The notes below the pieces were generated by a model. That model had not been told where the DNA came from and made no database searches. It saw nothing but the letters and a program-made list of their open reading frames with translations. Below are positions 1 through 10,935 of a stretch of DNA of 64,000 nt, in pieces. The stretch comes from Azolla caroliniana (lineage: Eukaryota; Plantae; Polypodiophyta). The first letter of the stretch is position 1. Every line of letters starts with the position of its first letter. A program made the translations under genes and the position numbers. The stretch lies in contig JBHGNT010000007.1 of assembly GCA_043228905.1 (NCBI GenBank), forward strand, positions 2,046,001-2,110,000, given 5' to 3'.

Positions 1-289
1 GCAAATTTTCATTTACATGTGTTTGCGCACGTGCATGTGTAATTGTGTGTGTCTATTTATGCATATATGTAAATGTGTATGTTATGTGTGCGTGTGTGTT
101 ATGGTTAAAAATATTGGGGGGAGGGGTATGCTTTGGAATTTATTATAGGTATATATGTGTAATTTGTCGATATTTGGGAAGCATAAATCCCCCCCCCCCC
201 ATTTTGAGTCGTAGGTGTAAACGTTACAAACAATGGGGAAGGATGTGAGGTTCTATTGTGTGAACCGTGGGTTGGAATTGGAGAAGGAG

Positions 290-700
290 GCTCAAGAAAA
301 ACAAGAAGTTGATAGAGAATCAATTAATAAAATGATTGGTGCAATGTTGATTGTCGTCGACATGAAAATGGCCACCAATGCACACGCCCACAAAGTAGTT
401 CCTTGATGCACAAAGTCCACACAGTAGAACTCAATGTGTTCTATCATGGGGCATTCCCACAAAGGAAACACAGGGGCAAGGTGGGGGATGGGAATTTCTC
501 TTTCAGAGTTTCTTCGTGTGGACAAGTCCACACGAAATTGAGCTTATAATGACTGGGCAATTTCCCATGATCAAACATTGACCAATGGGAGGCACCCGAT
601 TTTGGGGAATTCTTGGGCTTGCATAGAGAGATCAAGGTATGTTGTTTGCGATACATAAAATACTTAGAGATGCGGGTTCAAATACCAGTTCCCCACAAAT
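290..700 (-). mobile_element. Decayed L1-like LINE ORF2 3' remnant (zf-RVT-like region)
   Basis: Overlapping minus ORFs give W...KLP...FVW...H..TL...CFLC...[frameshift]IEHIEFYC, the pattern of the zinc-binding region downstream of RT in plant L1 elements; boundaries approximate. Confidence 0.5.
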
Positions 701-1225
701 TTCAATCTGATGTCCAATTTTGTATCTTGTCGAAATTGAATGTTTCTAGGGTTGTAAATGTCGAATTCAAGAGATTGAGAAATAATAAATAATTTCCATT
801 TTTAATCGTTACCAATTTTGAATGAAAGAAGTGAGCAGTGATTGGACATGTGAATACCTCGGGTTTACATAAAAGGAGCAAATTTGCAAGTTCCGCGAGG
901 ACATAAGCATGTCCTTCTTGAGAATAGCCTTGCTAAAAAGGAAGTCATTCCATACTTCTTTTAGAAGTGTTTTGAATCAAACTCTTGCTTGCTCCTCTAA
1001 GTTTGTTAATAAGCTCGTGTAAGATTTTTGAGTTGTTTTATATTGTTATAAGCATTGCCAAGAATGCATAGATTAATGGTGTGGGAGTGTGTGTGTTTGT
1101 CTTAGGTATGCATGTTGGAAAATGTACGTATGTGCTTATGTTTGTATGTTTATGTAATTGAGTGTGTTTTTGTAAATGTGTAGGGCTAAGTGGAGATGGA
1201 ATCATGGAGGGGTATGAGTGTAGAA

Positions 1226-1261
1226 AATAAATAAATAAATAAATAAACAAACAAAAAAATA

Positions 1262-1316
<55 letters not shown>

Positions 1317-1353
1317 ATACATAAATAAATAAATAAATATATAAATACATACA

Positions 1354-1384
<31 letters not shown>

Positions 1385-1790
1385 ATACATAAAAAACAAA
1401 AAAAGTATGTAAGTAAATAAATAAATAAATAAATAAATACGAAAGTAAGTAAATAAATAAATAAATACGAAAGTAAGTAAAAAAGATAAAAATACAAAAA
1501 ATTAATAGATAAATAAATGAATAAATAATCATAAAAAAAAAGAAAGTAAAAAAGAAAAGAAAAAAAGAAAGTATAAATTGAAACAATGAACAAGTATGTA
1601 AATAAATGAATAAATTGAATCAATGAACAAGTATGTAAGTATGTAAATGAATGAATGAATAAGTAAATAAAAAATAAAAATAAATAAGTAAGTAAATAAA
1701 TAGATAAATAAGTAAATAAATAAGTAAATAAATAAAAAGAGAAAAAAAGAAAAAAGAAAAAAAAAGAAAAAAAGAAAAGAAAAGATTGAT
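1226..1790. repeat. (TAAA)n / A-rich low-complexity tract
   Basis: Long degenerate TAAA array grading into (GAAA)/(A)n. Confidence 0.95.
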
Positions 1791-2041
1791 GCTCTGTTTC
1801 AAAGAGGGAAAACCCAGAAAGAAGAAAGAAAGAAAGATATATTAACGTCTTCTAAGGCCAAAATTGGCCCATGAGACAAATGGTTTACAACAAAAATGGG
1901 ATATTTACCCATTCATCGAAGTAAAAATAAAAATAAGATGAAAAATAGAGTTTAAGCTAAATAGTTCTAAAAAATAACAAACATGTTTTATATAGAAACA
2001 TGTTCTACTACAATGAAAATGGTGTTATACAATTGTTATTT

Positions 2042-5000
2042 TCATTTCCATCCAAGTCTCTCGAAGAGAAGCGGAAGGTCAAAGGGTTGCGATGTGGATG
2101 TGGCCCGTGGTCCCCATGTAAGAGGTACCCCAACCATAGCTTCTAGTCGACGTAGCTCACGTTCCCTTATCTTCTTAATCTTGTCTACTCCACGTTGACT
2201 TGTTTTGAAGCCCAACATTCGAGGGCGTTTCGTTGTTCTTTGCATTTCTACTTCCTCAAGGGAGAGGCCGAGCGGCGTAAGTGTATCCACATTCATCGTC
2301 TCCCCTTGTTCCTGAAAAATTACACTAGTTACATGGTGATGAATACTAAGAGGGTTATCGTTAGCACTTTGTAATTTATTCTCCCTATGTTGTTTTAGGT
2401 CTAAGATATATCTACCTAGTCTCTTTACATTCGGGGTATCTAATAGTTTGGAGAGGGTGGGAGAGGGTCCTAGTATGTCTTGGTATTCCGCTCGTATCTC
2501 GGCATAAGTTGGGCATTTGCATGTGAAGTGATACTCATCCTCTATCTCTATGTGGCATAACCTACATAACCTTTCCTCTCTAGGGACTCTATTAGCCCGA
2601 CCATTCTCAATCTCAAGTTGGTGAGATGATATCCTAAGTTGTCCAATGGCCACCCTTAGTGCATTTGATAAGAATGTATCTAAATATCTTGGTCGTGTAA
2701 TAAAGCCTAGCGTAGAGAAGCGCAAGAAGTGTTCCTTATAGTACACCATTTTAGATGGGAGTGGTTCTCGTGGGGTGATCCATTTGTATCGAGTGTAAAT
2801 TTGCCATATTTCTTGGCGTATCACTTTATTACGATCTTCGTGAGAGATTAAAGTTTGATCAGTCCCATGGTTGTACTTAAGGGGAGGTAGGTTATTAATG
2901 TCTATGCCGTTCGCACGGAGCCAACTCACCACGATGCTATACCAAGAGTTAGTGTCGCCAGACACATATAAAGATCGAGACGCCTCAAAGGCTCGACAGG
3001 ATATCCTATCTTGTGGTTGGCTATGTATCCGATGAATAAAAACTACCACTTGAAAGAGTGCTTCTACTAACATCGGGGGTAGACTGAACTCAGCTCTAAT
3101 AATGTCATGTGGTACTGTCGATTTGCTTCGGAGTTGACGTGATAACATCGTCACTAAAGGTCTCTCTAATTGCGTCCACATGAAAGATGGTAAACCTGGA
3201 GCCCATACTACTGATGCATACATGAGGGATGGGGTCACTAATGAGTCAAAAAGCCATCCCTTAGTCCGTGGCTCTTGAAAGTATGTCTGATGGCATTGTC
3301 TCTCTAAGAGTGAGAGGGATGCATACCCTCTCGTTAGCCTATCTTTGGCTGCCTGGGTCATCGAGAATTTACCTGAGCGAGCACTAAAGGTGACTCCCAA
3401 GTATACATACGATCCCACTACCTCAACTGGTTTATGAGAGAGGATTAGGTGACATTGACTCCTAACTCGGGACGATGTATGAAAGATAAGGACTTTAGTT
3501 TTCGCTAAATTCACTACCAGTCCTCGTTGTGTACAAAAGTCATCCAGGGCATTAAGATGCTTTTGTAGGTCGTGTTCCGACTCTGAGAGCAAGACAATGT
3601 CGTCTGCGTAGAGTAAGAGACTAACTTGCGTCTCCCCAATAGCTACTCCCTTGCCTCCCTTACGAGCAATAAAATCAGTGATCTCATCAATGTAGATCCC
3701 AAAAAGAGTCGGTGATAGGGGGCAACCCTGTTTTACACCAATGGTGCTAGTGAAACAATCGGATAGGCCACCTGGGCATCTTACACACCCAAAGACTTGC
3801 TCGTATAGGGCATAAATGGCCCATATCATGTCATCTGGTATCTCCAAGCTCTTAAGTCTATCAAACAACCTTTCCCTAGGAACCGTGTCAAAGGCCTTGC
3901 GAAAGTCCACAAAGCAACAATATAGTTTCTTCTTACGAGCCTTTGTCTGGTCAATTAAGCACCTGAGTGTGAAGATATGGTCAATAGTAGAGAAGGCTCG
4001 TCTAAAGCCAGCTTGCTCAGGTGCTCGAAGACTTAATGTTTCCATATAATCACTGAGCTCCGCTTCCATTACTGCACCATATAGTTTAGCGAGCGTATGA
4101 CCTATCATAACGGTCCTATATGTATTTGGGTCCATTGAGTCCCCTCCTTTATGTATAGGGGCCACTGTGTTCATGGCCCATTGTGGTGGAAAACCCTCGG
4201 CGAGGGCGCGGTTGAAGATTAGAGCGAGAAGGGGGGCTAGGCACTCTCGAGCATATATGATGTGCTCGGCACACAATCCTGTGTGGTCCATGGATTTCCT
4301 ATGTTGTAATTTTTTGATGACCTTCGTGACCCTAGAGGTCGTGAAAAGTGTCCCCATGGTAGGTCGAGGTGTGGAGGGCATTGGAATGGGTGGTTGGTTC
4401 GGGACATGGTAGAGTCTCTCAATATATGTGTGCCAAATATTGGGATCCTCGATGGGTGTTTGTGGTCTCGGTTCCCGTAGCCTCTTCCATGCGAGGGCAC
4501 AATCCCTACTCATGAGCATATGGTAGAGTTCCCAATATTGAGATGCTTCCCAAGCCCGTCTTTTACGACGTGTCATCTTGCGCATCTCTTTGCGAGCCTG
4601 TACTGAGGAAATAGTACCACTAAGCCGCGATACTTTAAGTTGTCTATACAACTCTCTACAATCCTCATCATACCACTTGTTCTGTGGCATAGACCCAATT
4701 CTACTATGATTGGAGTCTTTTGTGTATGGGAAGCTACTAGTTGCTGCTGAGTGGAGGATGTGTGTGAGTTCTGTAGTGAGGTGCTCTAAAGGCAAGGAAG
4801 AATCAAAAGAGGAGAGATGCGCTTGAACATGTCGAGAATAGATGTCAGCGAGCTCATGCGTGAAATGTATTATAGTGCGATGGGTTGGTTTACTAGAGTT
4901 GGTGGCGTGGGAGGCGTCACATTTTAGCTCAAAGTATAGGAAGCTATGGTCTGCGCCAATGGGGCATGGGGCCACCCGGAAGGAGCTAACCATGTGGGTA

Positions 5001-5785
5001 GCTTCAGGGCGTCCTATTAGGTAATCAACTGTGCTTTCCCCTCCTCCATGTGGGAAACATGTGAGCTCTTCCGAGCCCGGCCACTTGGCTAAGCCATTAT
5101 ATATGATCATCTGGTGTCGGCTTCCAAGTTCAAGCAGATGATGGCCAAAGCTTGTGGCGTCCGCACCTTGATCTTTTGATGTACGTGTTATGCCTAAGGC
5201 TAAAGGGTCGACATTCACCATTTCTAGGTTTCTATCCATCTGAAATATTGTGCATTGGCGGGATTGGGTTCTCGCATTGAAATCTCCTACAAGGAAGACT
5301 TCCCCTTGAGAAGAATATCGGATTATGTCATCCGATAAAGGTTCGTATGGAGAAGGCCCATGTGGCGTTCCTTCATCAACTATACTCGCCACTCCAGCCA
5401 TATTATACCGAGATCCTTTCGGGGGGAAGTAACAAATGGCAATAAATATCATCTGATCTTTGCTAGTGAGTACTTTCACCCACATAAAACGGGCTTCTGG
5501 GTCTTTCTTTAGTATTTCTATCCTACTATGTATCTCTCTCCGAAATAATATCGCAACCCCTCCAGACCCTCTAGTAGTGTGTCGACGTGAGGTTTGTCTA
5601 AAGACAGATTCCCAACGAAAACCATCAACTCGTGGTAATCCTCGATTTGGACTTTGATGTGTTTCTACCAAAAAAAGTATATAAGATACCCTCAAAATCT
5701 CCTCTAGACGGCCAGGGTGTGTCCAAAGTGCACCGTTACAATTCCATAAACTCATCCTAAGTCTATTATTTGTCACATGGGCCAC
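2042..5785 (-). CDS. LINE ORF2: apurinic-like endonuclease + reverse transcriptase + C-terminal Cys/His motif, uninterrupted 1247 codons
   Basis: APE motifs WNCNG, ETH, GDFNA, DY, ADH; RT motifs QAGFR, VDFRKAFD, GVKQGCPLSP, YADD, YLG; C-terminal RISSHQLEIENGR..CRLC..EDEYHF..CP. First ATG at 5755. Confidence 0.97.
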   Translation of the reverse strand: MAHVTNNRLRMSLWNCNGALWTHPGRLEEILRVSYILFLVETHQSPNRGLPRVDGFRWESVFRQTSRRHTTRGSGGVAILFRREIHSRIEILKKDPEARFMWVKVLTSKDQMIFIAICYFPPKGSRYNMAGVASIVDEGTPHGPSPYEPLSDDIIRYSSQGEVFLVGDFNARTQSRQCTIFQMDRNLEMVNVDPLALGITRTSKDQGADATSFGHHLLELGSRHQMIIYNGLAKWPGSEELTCFPHGGGESTVDYLIGRPEATHMVSSFRVAPCPIGADHSFLYFELKCDASHATNSSKPTHRTIIHFTHELADIYSRHVQAHLSSFDSSLPLEHLTTELTHILHSAATSSFPYTKDSNHSRIGSMPQNKWYDEDCRELYRQLKVSRLSGTISSVQARKEMRKMTRRKRRAWEASQYWELYHMLMSRDCALAWKRLREPRPQTPIEDPNIWHTYIERLYHVPNQPPIPMPSTPRPTMGTLFTTSRVTKVIKKLQHRKSMDHTGLCAEHIIYARECLAPLLALIFNRALAEGFPPQWAMNTVAPIHKGGDSMDPNTYRTVMIGHTLAKLYGAVMEAELSDYMETLSLRAPEQAGFRRAFSTIDHIFTLRCLIDQTKARKKKLYCCFVDFRKAFDTVPRERLFDRLKSLEIPDDMIWAIYALYEQVFGCVRCPGGLSDCFTSTIGVKQGCPLSPTLFGIYIDEITDFIARKGGKGVAIGETQVSLLLYADDIVLLSESEHDLQKHLNALDDFCTQRGLVVNLAKTKVLIFHTSSRVRSQCHLILSHKPVEVVGSYVYLGVTFSARSGKFSMTQAAKDRLTRGYASLSLLERQCHQTYFQEPRTKGWLFDSLVTPSLMYASVVWAPGLPSFMWTQLERPLVTMLSRQLRSKSTVPHDIIRAEFSLPPMLVEALFQVVVFIHRIHSQPQDRISCRAFEASRSLYVSGDTNSWYSIVVSWLRANGIDINNLPPLKYNHGTDQTLISHEDRNKVIRQEIWQIYTRYKWITPREPLPSKMVYYKEHFLRFSTLGFITRPRYLDTFLSNALRVAIGQLRISSHQLEIENGRANRVPREERLCRLCHIEIEDEYHFTCKCPTYAEIRAEYQDILGPSPTLSKLLDTPNVKRLGRYILDLKQHRENKLQSANDNPLSIHHHVTSVIFQEQGETMNVDTLTPLGLSLEEVEMQRTTKRPRMLGFKTSQRGVDKIKKIRERELRRLEAMVGVPLTWGPRATSTSQPFDLPLLFERLGWK

Positions 5786-5791
5786 ACGCCG

Positions 5792-6583
5792 TCAATTGGC
5801 AGCGCGATCATTTATTATGACCCGTCCGTCTCGGTAGAAGGCACGATGCCCCTCTTTACGAGCTTGTATGACTCGCGGCATACAAGTTTTACGATGCTCA
5901 ATTTGCATCTTGGTCAAGTCTTCATCGAGGTAGATGGGCTCCCCGCCCAATCCTCGAAGAATTGGTCTCTTTTTAAAAAAGGCGATTCTAGATTCCGAGT
6001 CCTTAAATTGAAGAACTAAAGCTCTTTTCCTAGTGGTGTCACGCCCTACCCTCCAAGTTTTAGTGATTGGTAGGGCTTCATATCCCAACATTTTACCCAA
6101 GGTTTGTGCATCTTCGTCGGGAGATGCCCCTTCCTTGAGCCCAGTAACTCATACATTTAGGCGTCGAGCTTGACGCATTTTTTCCTCCTCGAGGGTAGTG
6201 TTTACAATATTTTCGTCCTTTAGTTCTTTTTTAATATTACGTTTTACTACATCAACCCACCCAGTTTTTGCTAGTTCCATATCACTTTTAACCTCTTCTT
6301 TAACTTTTTTTATCTCGTCCTTAATATCCTCTAGAGAAGATATTTCACCATCTTCCCTAGATGTTTCAAGGTCCTTAATTCGTTTTTGAAGGTTTACGTT
6401 ATCTACCTTAAGTTTCGCTACTTCAGCAATAAGCAATTCTCTTTCTTCCTTATCTTTTTGTTTTTCAGCTTCAATTTCTTTCACCCATTTTTCCATTTTA
6501 ACGAACCGGTTAAGGACATCTAAAAAATCTTCCTTACTTATAATTTCTTCGTTTGTTTCCTTATGGTTTCGTCGAGAAGTCAT
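5792..6583 (-). pseudogene. LINE ORF1 (coiled coil + RRM/CTD-like) with one premature stop
   Basis: ORFs 6149-6595 and 5792-6100 are in the same frame; junction reads ARRLNV*VTGLKEG (TGA at 6149-6151, likely from CGA); heptad-rich N-terminus; C-terminal LVLQF..IYLDEDLT..R typical of LINE ORF1p. Confidence 0.85.
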
Positions 6584-6652
6584 CTTGTAATTCAAAAGAT
6601 AAAGAAAGAAAAAGACAAAAGGACAGAAAAAACTTAGCCGAGCATCGACGTC

Positions 6653-6660
6653 TTTCGCGC
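6653..6660 (+). promoter_or_regulatory. Canonical E2F site TTTCGCGC ~190 bp upstream of the RFC5 ATG
   Basis: Exact match to the TTTSSCGC consensus upstream of a DNA-replication gene; related TCTCCCGCC directly before the ATG (6841-6849). Confidence 0.5.
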
Positions 6661-6732
6661 TAGATATGAGTGTAGAAGCACATGTATGCTTGTTTCAGCC
6701 GGTGACGTCGTCCGGTAAGTGAAGTACCACGA

Positions 6733-6773
6733 TACATACATACATACATACATACATACATACATACATACAT
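6733..6773. repeat. (TACA)n microsatellite upstream of RFC5
   Basis: Directly visible. Confidence 0.95.
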
Positions 6774-6849
6774 AGTAGTAGTAGCAGTAAGTAAGTAAGT
6801 AGTGAGTGAAGTGAGGTGAGGGCAGGCCTGAACACCATTTTCTCCCGCC

Positions 6850-9800
6850 ATGGAAGAAGAAGAAGAGGTAGCAACAACTGCAGGAGCCGCCATGGATGTG
6901 GACATGGCCAAACCTCCGCCTCCTCTCCCCTCCTCCGTATCATCCTCCATATCCATTCAGAAGGGGAAGGCAAAGCTTGGCTCCCTCTCTGCTGCTGCTC
7001 CCTCTCGAACTTCTCCTTGGGTCGAGAAATACAGACCTTCCTCCCTCTCAGATGTTGCTGCCCACAAAGACATCATTGAAACAAGTCAGTTTATATCTTC
7101 TTCTTTTTCGTTATATTTTATACGCATGCATCTAGCTCTCTCTGCGTTTGTAGGTACCTACATATGTGTGTATTAGGTACGGAATATATGTATGATGTGT
7201 CTGTAGAACAAGTAAATTTCTCCCCTTGCTAATTCTCTTTTTCTCTATTTATACACAATCATACATACACATTTAGATACAACTTTTTTTTTATGTGGGT
7301 ATGTATGTGTGTATGAAACAAGTAAATTTCTTCCCAGTCATGTATACTTGCATATATTCACACATACATACAATTACATTTTATGTATGTGGGTTTGCGT
7401 GCATGCATCTGCATATTGTATATAATATATTACAAAAAATGTTTATATGTATATAGTGATATCGTCTTATTTTTCCATCTGGAAACTCTAAAAACACATT
7501 AAACACTCTCAATCCACACACCTTTGGAACCTGATCATCTGAGGAACTTGGAATGCTTCCTGAGCCAAATCTAACTTCAGCTAAATGACTTTTGGACATC
7601 GAAGCGAGATAGGTACAGAGACTCGACGGGAGCTATTCGAACGAACACTCTTTCAATCTTTACAGTCGGAGAGTTACTGACTGTACGACTACTACGACCA
7701 TCCATCGGATTAGATAACTAAGTGAGACATTGATAAAGCTTTTTTGGGAACTAAACACACTTGTAGCTGACAAATTGAGTGGCGATTGGATAATCTTAAG
7801 GGAATGCAATAATCCCAGCACTGATATTAGTCTGACATTTTATCAAGTTGATTTACCATGTAGAATGTGGATTTTGACTTGGTCAGATTTTGATAGCTAG
7901 TTGAGAGCTTGGAACTCATGCAAATCTTCCAAGATTTCTGGTTTATTCTGTGGGAGAGCTTGGTCATCTTTCAATGTTGACACATTTTCCAACTTACGCG
8001 AGTTACTGCACCCTCTTGAATAGCATTTATGATGGGTTCTTTGATGTGTCATATCCATTTGCATCTTGGACAACTGTTGTGTAGTTTTCTTCCTGAACCT
8101 TGGACGAACCATTTGTTCTCTTCTAGGTAATGATTTACAGTGCCAGGCTTAGAGTTTTGAGCCTGAGAGCTGATACCCACTACCCAAATTTCTCAAGACC
8201 ATCTCCTCTCAAACCTAGCACTAGTCTAACATTCTAGTACCCTCCTCACACGCCTTCTCTTTCTTTTCAGGACCAGAATCTGGTAGACCTTCCTAGTGTT
8301 TTTATACAACACTTTGCAATCGGATTGCTTGAATTGTTTTTTATATGAATGAATCAGCATATCATTGGCTGTTTTTGAGAAATAGGCTGTATATTAACTG
8401 TACGTAATGTATACCATAGTCACCATGTAGCCTATTCATGGAGAATTTGCTACATAGCCTGTCAAAGTAAATTCAAATATAATCAAACTGTGGGTGTGAT
8501 TTGCCTTGGCCAAAAGCTCTTAGCTGGTAGGTTTGGAGCCAGGGCGAGAGTGGGCAAGCAGCCATTATCACTATACAAACTTCAAATATGGACATGATGG
8601 CTTTGGTCTACCTTTTCAAGGATGATTTTGATTTCATACAGAGGATAGACACTAATTCTTGTGCTGCATATGGGGATCCAATTTCATCCTCCATCCGTCT
8701 CAAAAATTTCTTAAGATGGATTATTCTTAAAGATTTTCATCAAGATAAGTTGTATATTCCCAAACCCCCTTGATGCCTACATTTTTGTTCTACTATTTGT
8801 ACCTTCAACTTGTAACCTCTTAGGATTTTAGTGAAGTTTGTGCGCTTCAACATCCTATTAAAAAATGTAAATTTAATGTTTTCCGTTTTTCTGTTGGTTG
8901 TAGTTGATAGACTTACAGGTGAGAACCGGCTGCCACACTTACTTCTATATGGACCTCCAGGAACGGGGAAGACATCCACGATTCTGGCTGTTGCCCGCAA
9001 GCTGTATGGGAGTCAATTTCAAAACATGATATTGGAGCTCAATGCTTCAGATGATCGTGGCATTGATGTCGTGCGTCAACAAATACAAGACTTTGCAAGC
9101 ACTCAAAGCATATCTTTTGGGTATAGTTTGGGTCATTAACTTCCTTTCTAGTTGGACTTAGGGCATTTAAGAAGGCTAGGAAGATGTGTCATTGGTGAAC
9201 AAAACCAAGCTTCACTTCCAATTATCTTCTACAGAAGTGGCACATGCTATTTCTCCAATTATCTCCAAGTAGAGAATATTATTTGTATCCTTGCTATGCA
9301 TATCCCATGTTTGTCCTCATACAGTTTATTATTGTTTTTGTTTTAATGCTGTGTCTTTTACTGATTATCACTAGTGATATAATTTAGGGCAAGAGTCAAT
9401 GTAAAGCTAGTCATATTGGATGAGGCAGATGCAATGACGAAAGAAGCACAATTTTCACTTCGGAGGGGCAAGTGATTACTTGCCTTTGTTTCCTCTATTT
9501 CCTCTATGATTACACATAATTTGTATAGGCTTATTTTATAATTACTGTTGCATTGCCTTTGGACAGTTATTGAGAAGTACACAAAAAACACACGATTTTG
9601 CCTTATTTGTAACTATGTCAGCAAAATTATACCAGCATTACAATCACGATGTACACGATTTCGTTTTGCACCACTTGATAGTGAGAATGTCACTGAGCGT
9701 TTGAGATTCGTCATCAAAGAAGAAGGGTAATTACTTGTATGGCTTCTTTCTTTGAAAAACTTTTTCTAGTGGGTTTTTTCATAGAATTTCTCTTACAAAC

Positions 9801-10935
9801 AACACATTATTGGAAACAGGCTAGATGTTACTGAAGATGGTCTTGCCGCTATAGTGAGGCTTGGTAATGGAGATATGAGGAAAGGTCTCAATATTCTACA
9901 GGTTTATACTTCAATTGTCTTATTAGACTGGATTTGACCTCGCATCATTTGTTGTTTTTGCTCTGGGTAATAGTCTTTTGTTTGCTTCAGTCTACTCATA
10001 TGGCTTGCCCTCGAATCACTGAAGAGGCAGTATATCTCTGTACAGGGAGTCCAATGCCTAAAGATATTGAGCAGATGGCCTATTGGCTTCTGAATGAACC
10101 CTTTTCCATAGCGTACAATTGTATCCTAGTTAACTTATGCAGGAATTAATTTGCAAACTTTACATTGGTTATGGTGGTTGTGTGCGTATGCAATTATAGT
10201 TAAAGGTATGTTTTAACTTGCTCTTAAAGTCAGGGTGAATAACAAAAGCCTTCAGAGAATCATATTGTTTTTTTTGAGATGTCATTGGAGCCTCTACATT
10301 AGGTTCTGTTTTGAGAGTTCATAGCTATGCCAATATTTGTAGGTTGTTTTCTTGCTGTGTGATTACCTTGACTTCAATGAAGTAATATCAGATATGAAAA
10401 CAAAGAAAGGTCTGGCACTTGTGGATGTAATAAGAGAGCTGCATCCGTAAGAACTTCTGAGCTACTTTATTTGGGATTTATGAAGATTTCCATACTGATG
10501 TCTTTATTTTTATAATATACTTTTGAACTCATTCACAAAGTCGTGAAATATGCCAGGTTCGTTTTCAGCATCAATATGCCATCCAATATTCGTGTACAAT
10601 TGGTGAACTCACTTGCTGATATTGAGTAAGTATTAAATTGTTTACATAAATATACATTCGTCCATCTATACACATGCCAACATTGTTATTGAGTGCAAAG
10701 TTTCATGTGAACCCTTATCTTGGGATTCACAGTTAAGGTTTGCACATCAGACACTCTACTACCTCAGCCTTCTTGAAATATACTCTTTATATGTGTGTAT
10801 TATATGTAATAGGATATTTTTCTATTCGTTTCCAGGTATAGGCTTGCTTTTGGGCCCAATGAGAAGCTACAACTTGGAGCAATGATCAGTGCTTTTACTC
10901 ATGCTAGAATTGCTCTAGTTGCTGCTGCGAAGTGA
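6850..10935 (+). CDS. RFC5: Replication factor C small subunit (RFC5 type; yeast Rfc3 orthologue). Exons 6850-7084, 8904-9120, 9388-9467, 9567-9726, 9820-9901, 9991-10120, 10383-10446, 10557-10625, 10836-10935
   Basis: PWVEKYRP, Walker [19 protein letters not shown], Walker B ILDEAD, SRC motif [29 protein letters not shown]; splice sites keep the frame throughout. Confidence 0.95.

Larger units (their letters stand above)
1226..6664 (-). mobile_element. Near full-length LINE (copy 1): ORF1 + APE-RT-CCHC ORF2, (TTTC)n tail; RTEX-like
   Basis: ORF1 5792-6583, ORF2 2042-5785, 3'UTR and (TTTC)n tail at ~1818-1837; candidate 13-bp TSD TATGAGTGTAGAA at 1213-1225 and 6665-6677; minimal extent ~1818-6660. 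Confidence 0.9.

Noticed and set aside
1038-1802. Long FIYL-repeat ORFs resembling membrane proteins
   Set aside because: Translation artefacts of the (TTTA)n tract
7480-8300. Possible TE relic in RFC5 intron 1 (PBS-like gagctgataccca at ~8167)
   Set aside because: PBS match is imperfect; no LTR pair or domain motif
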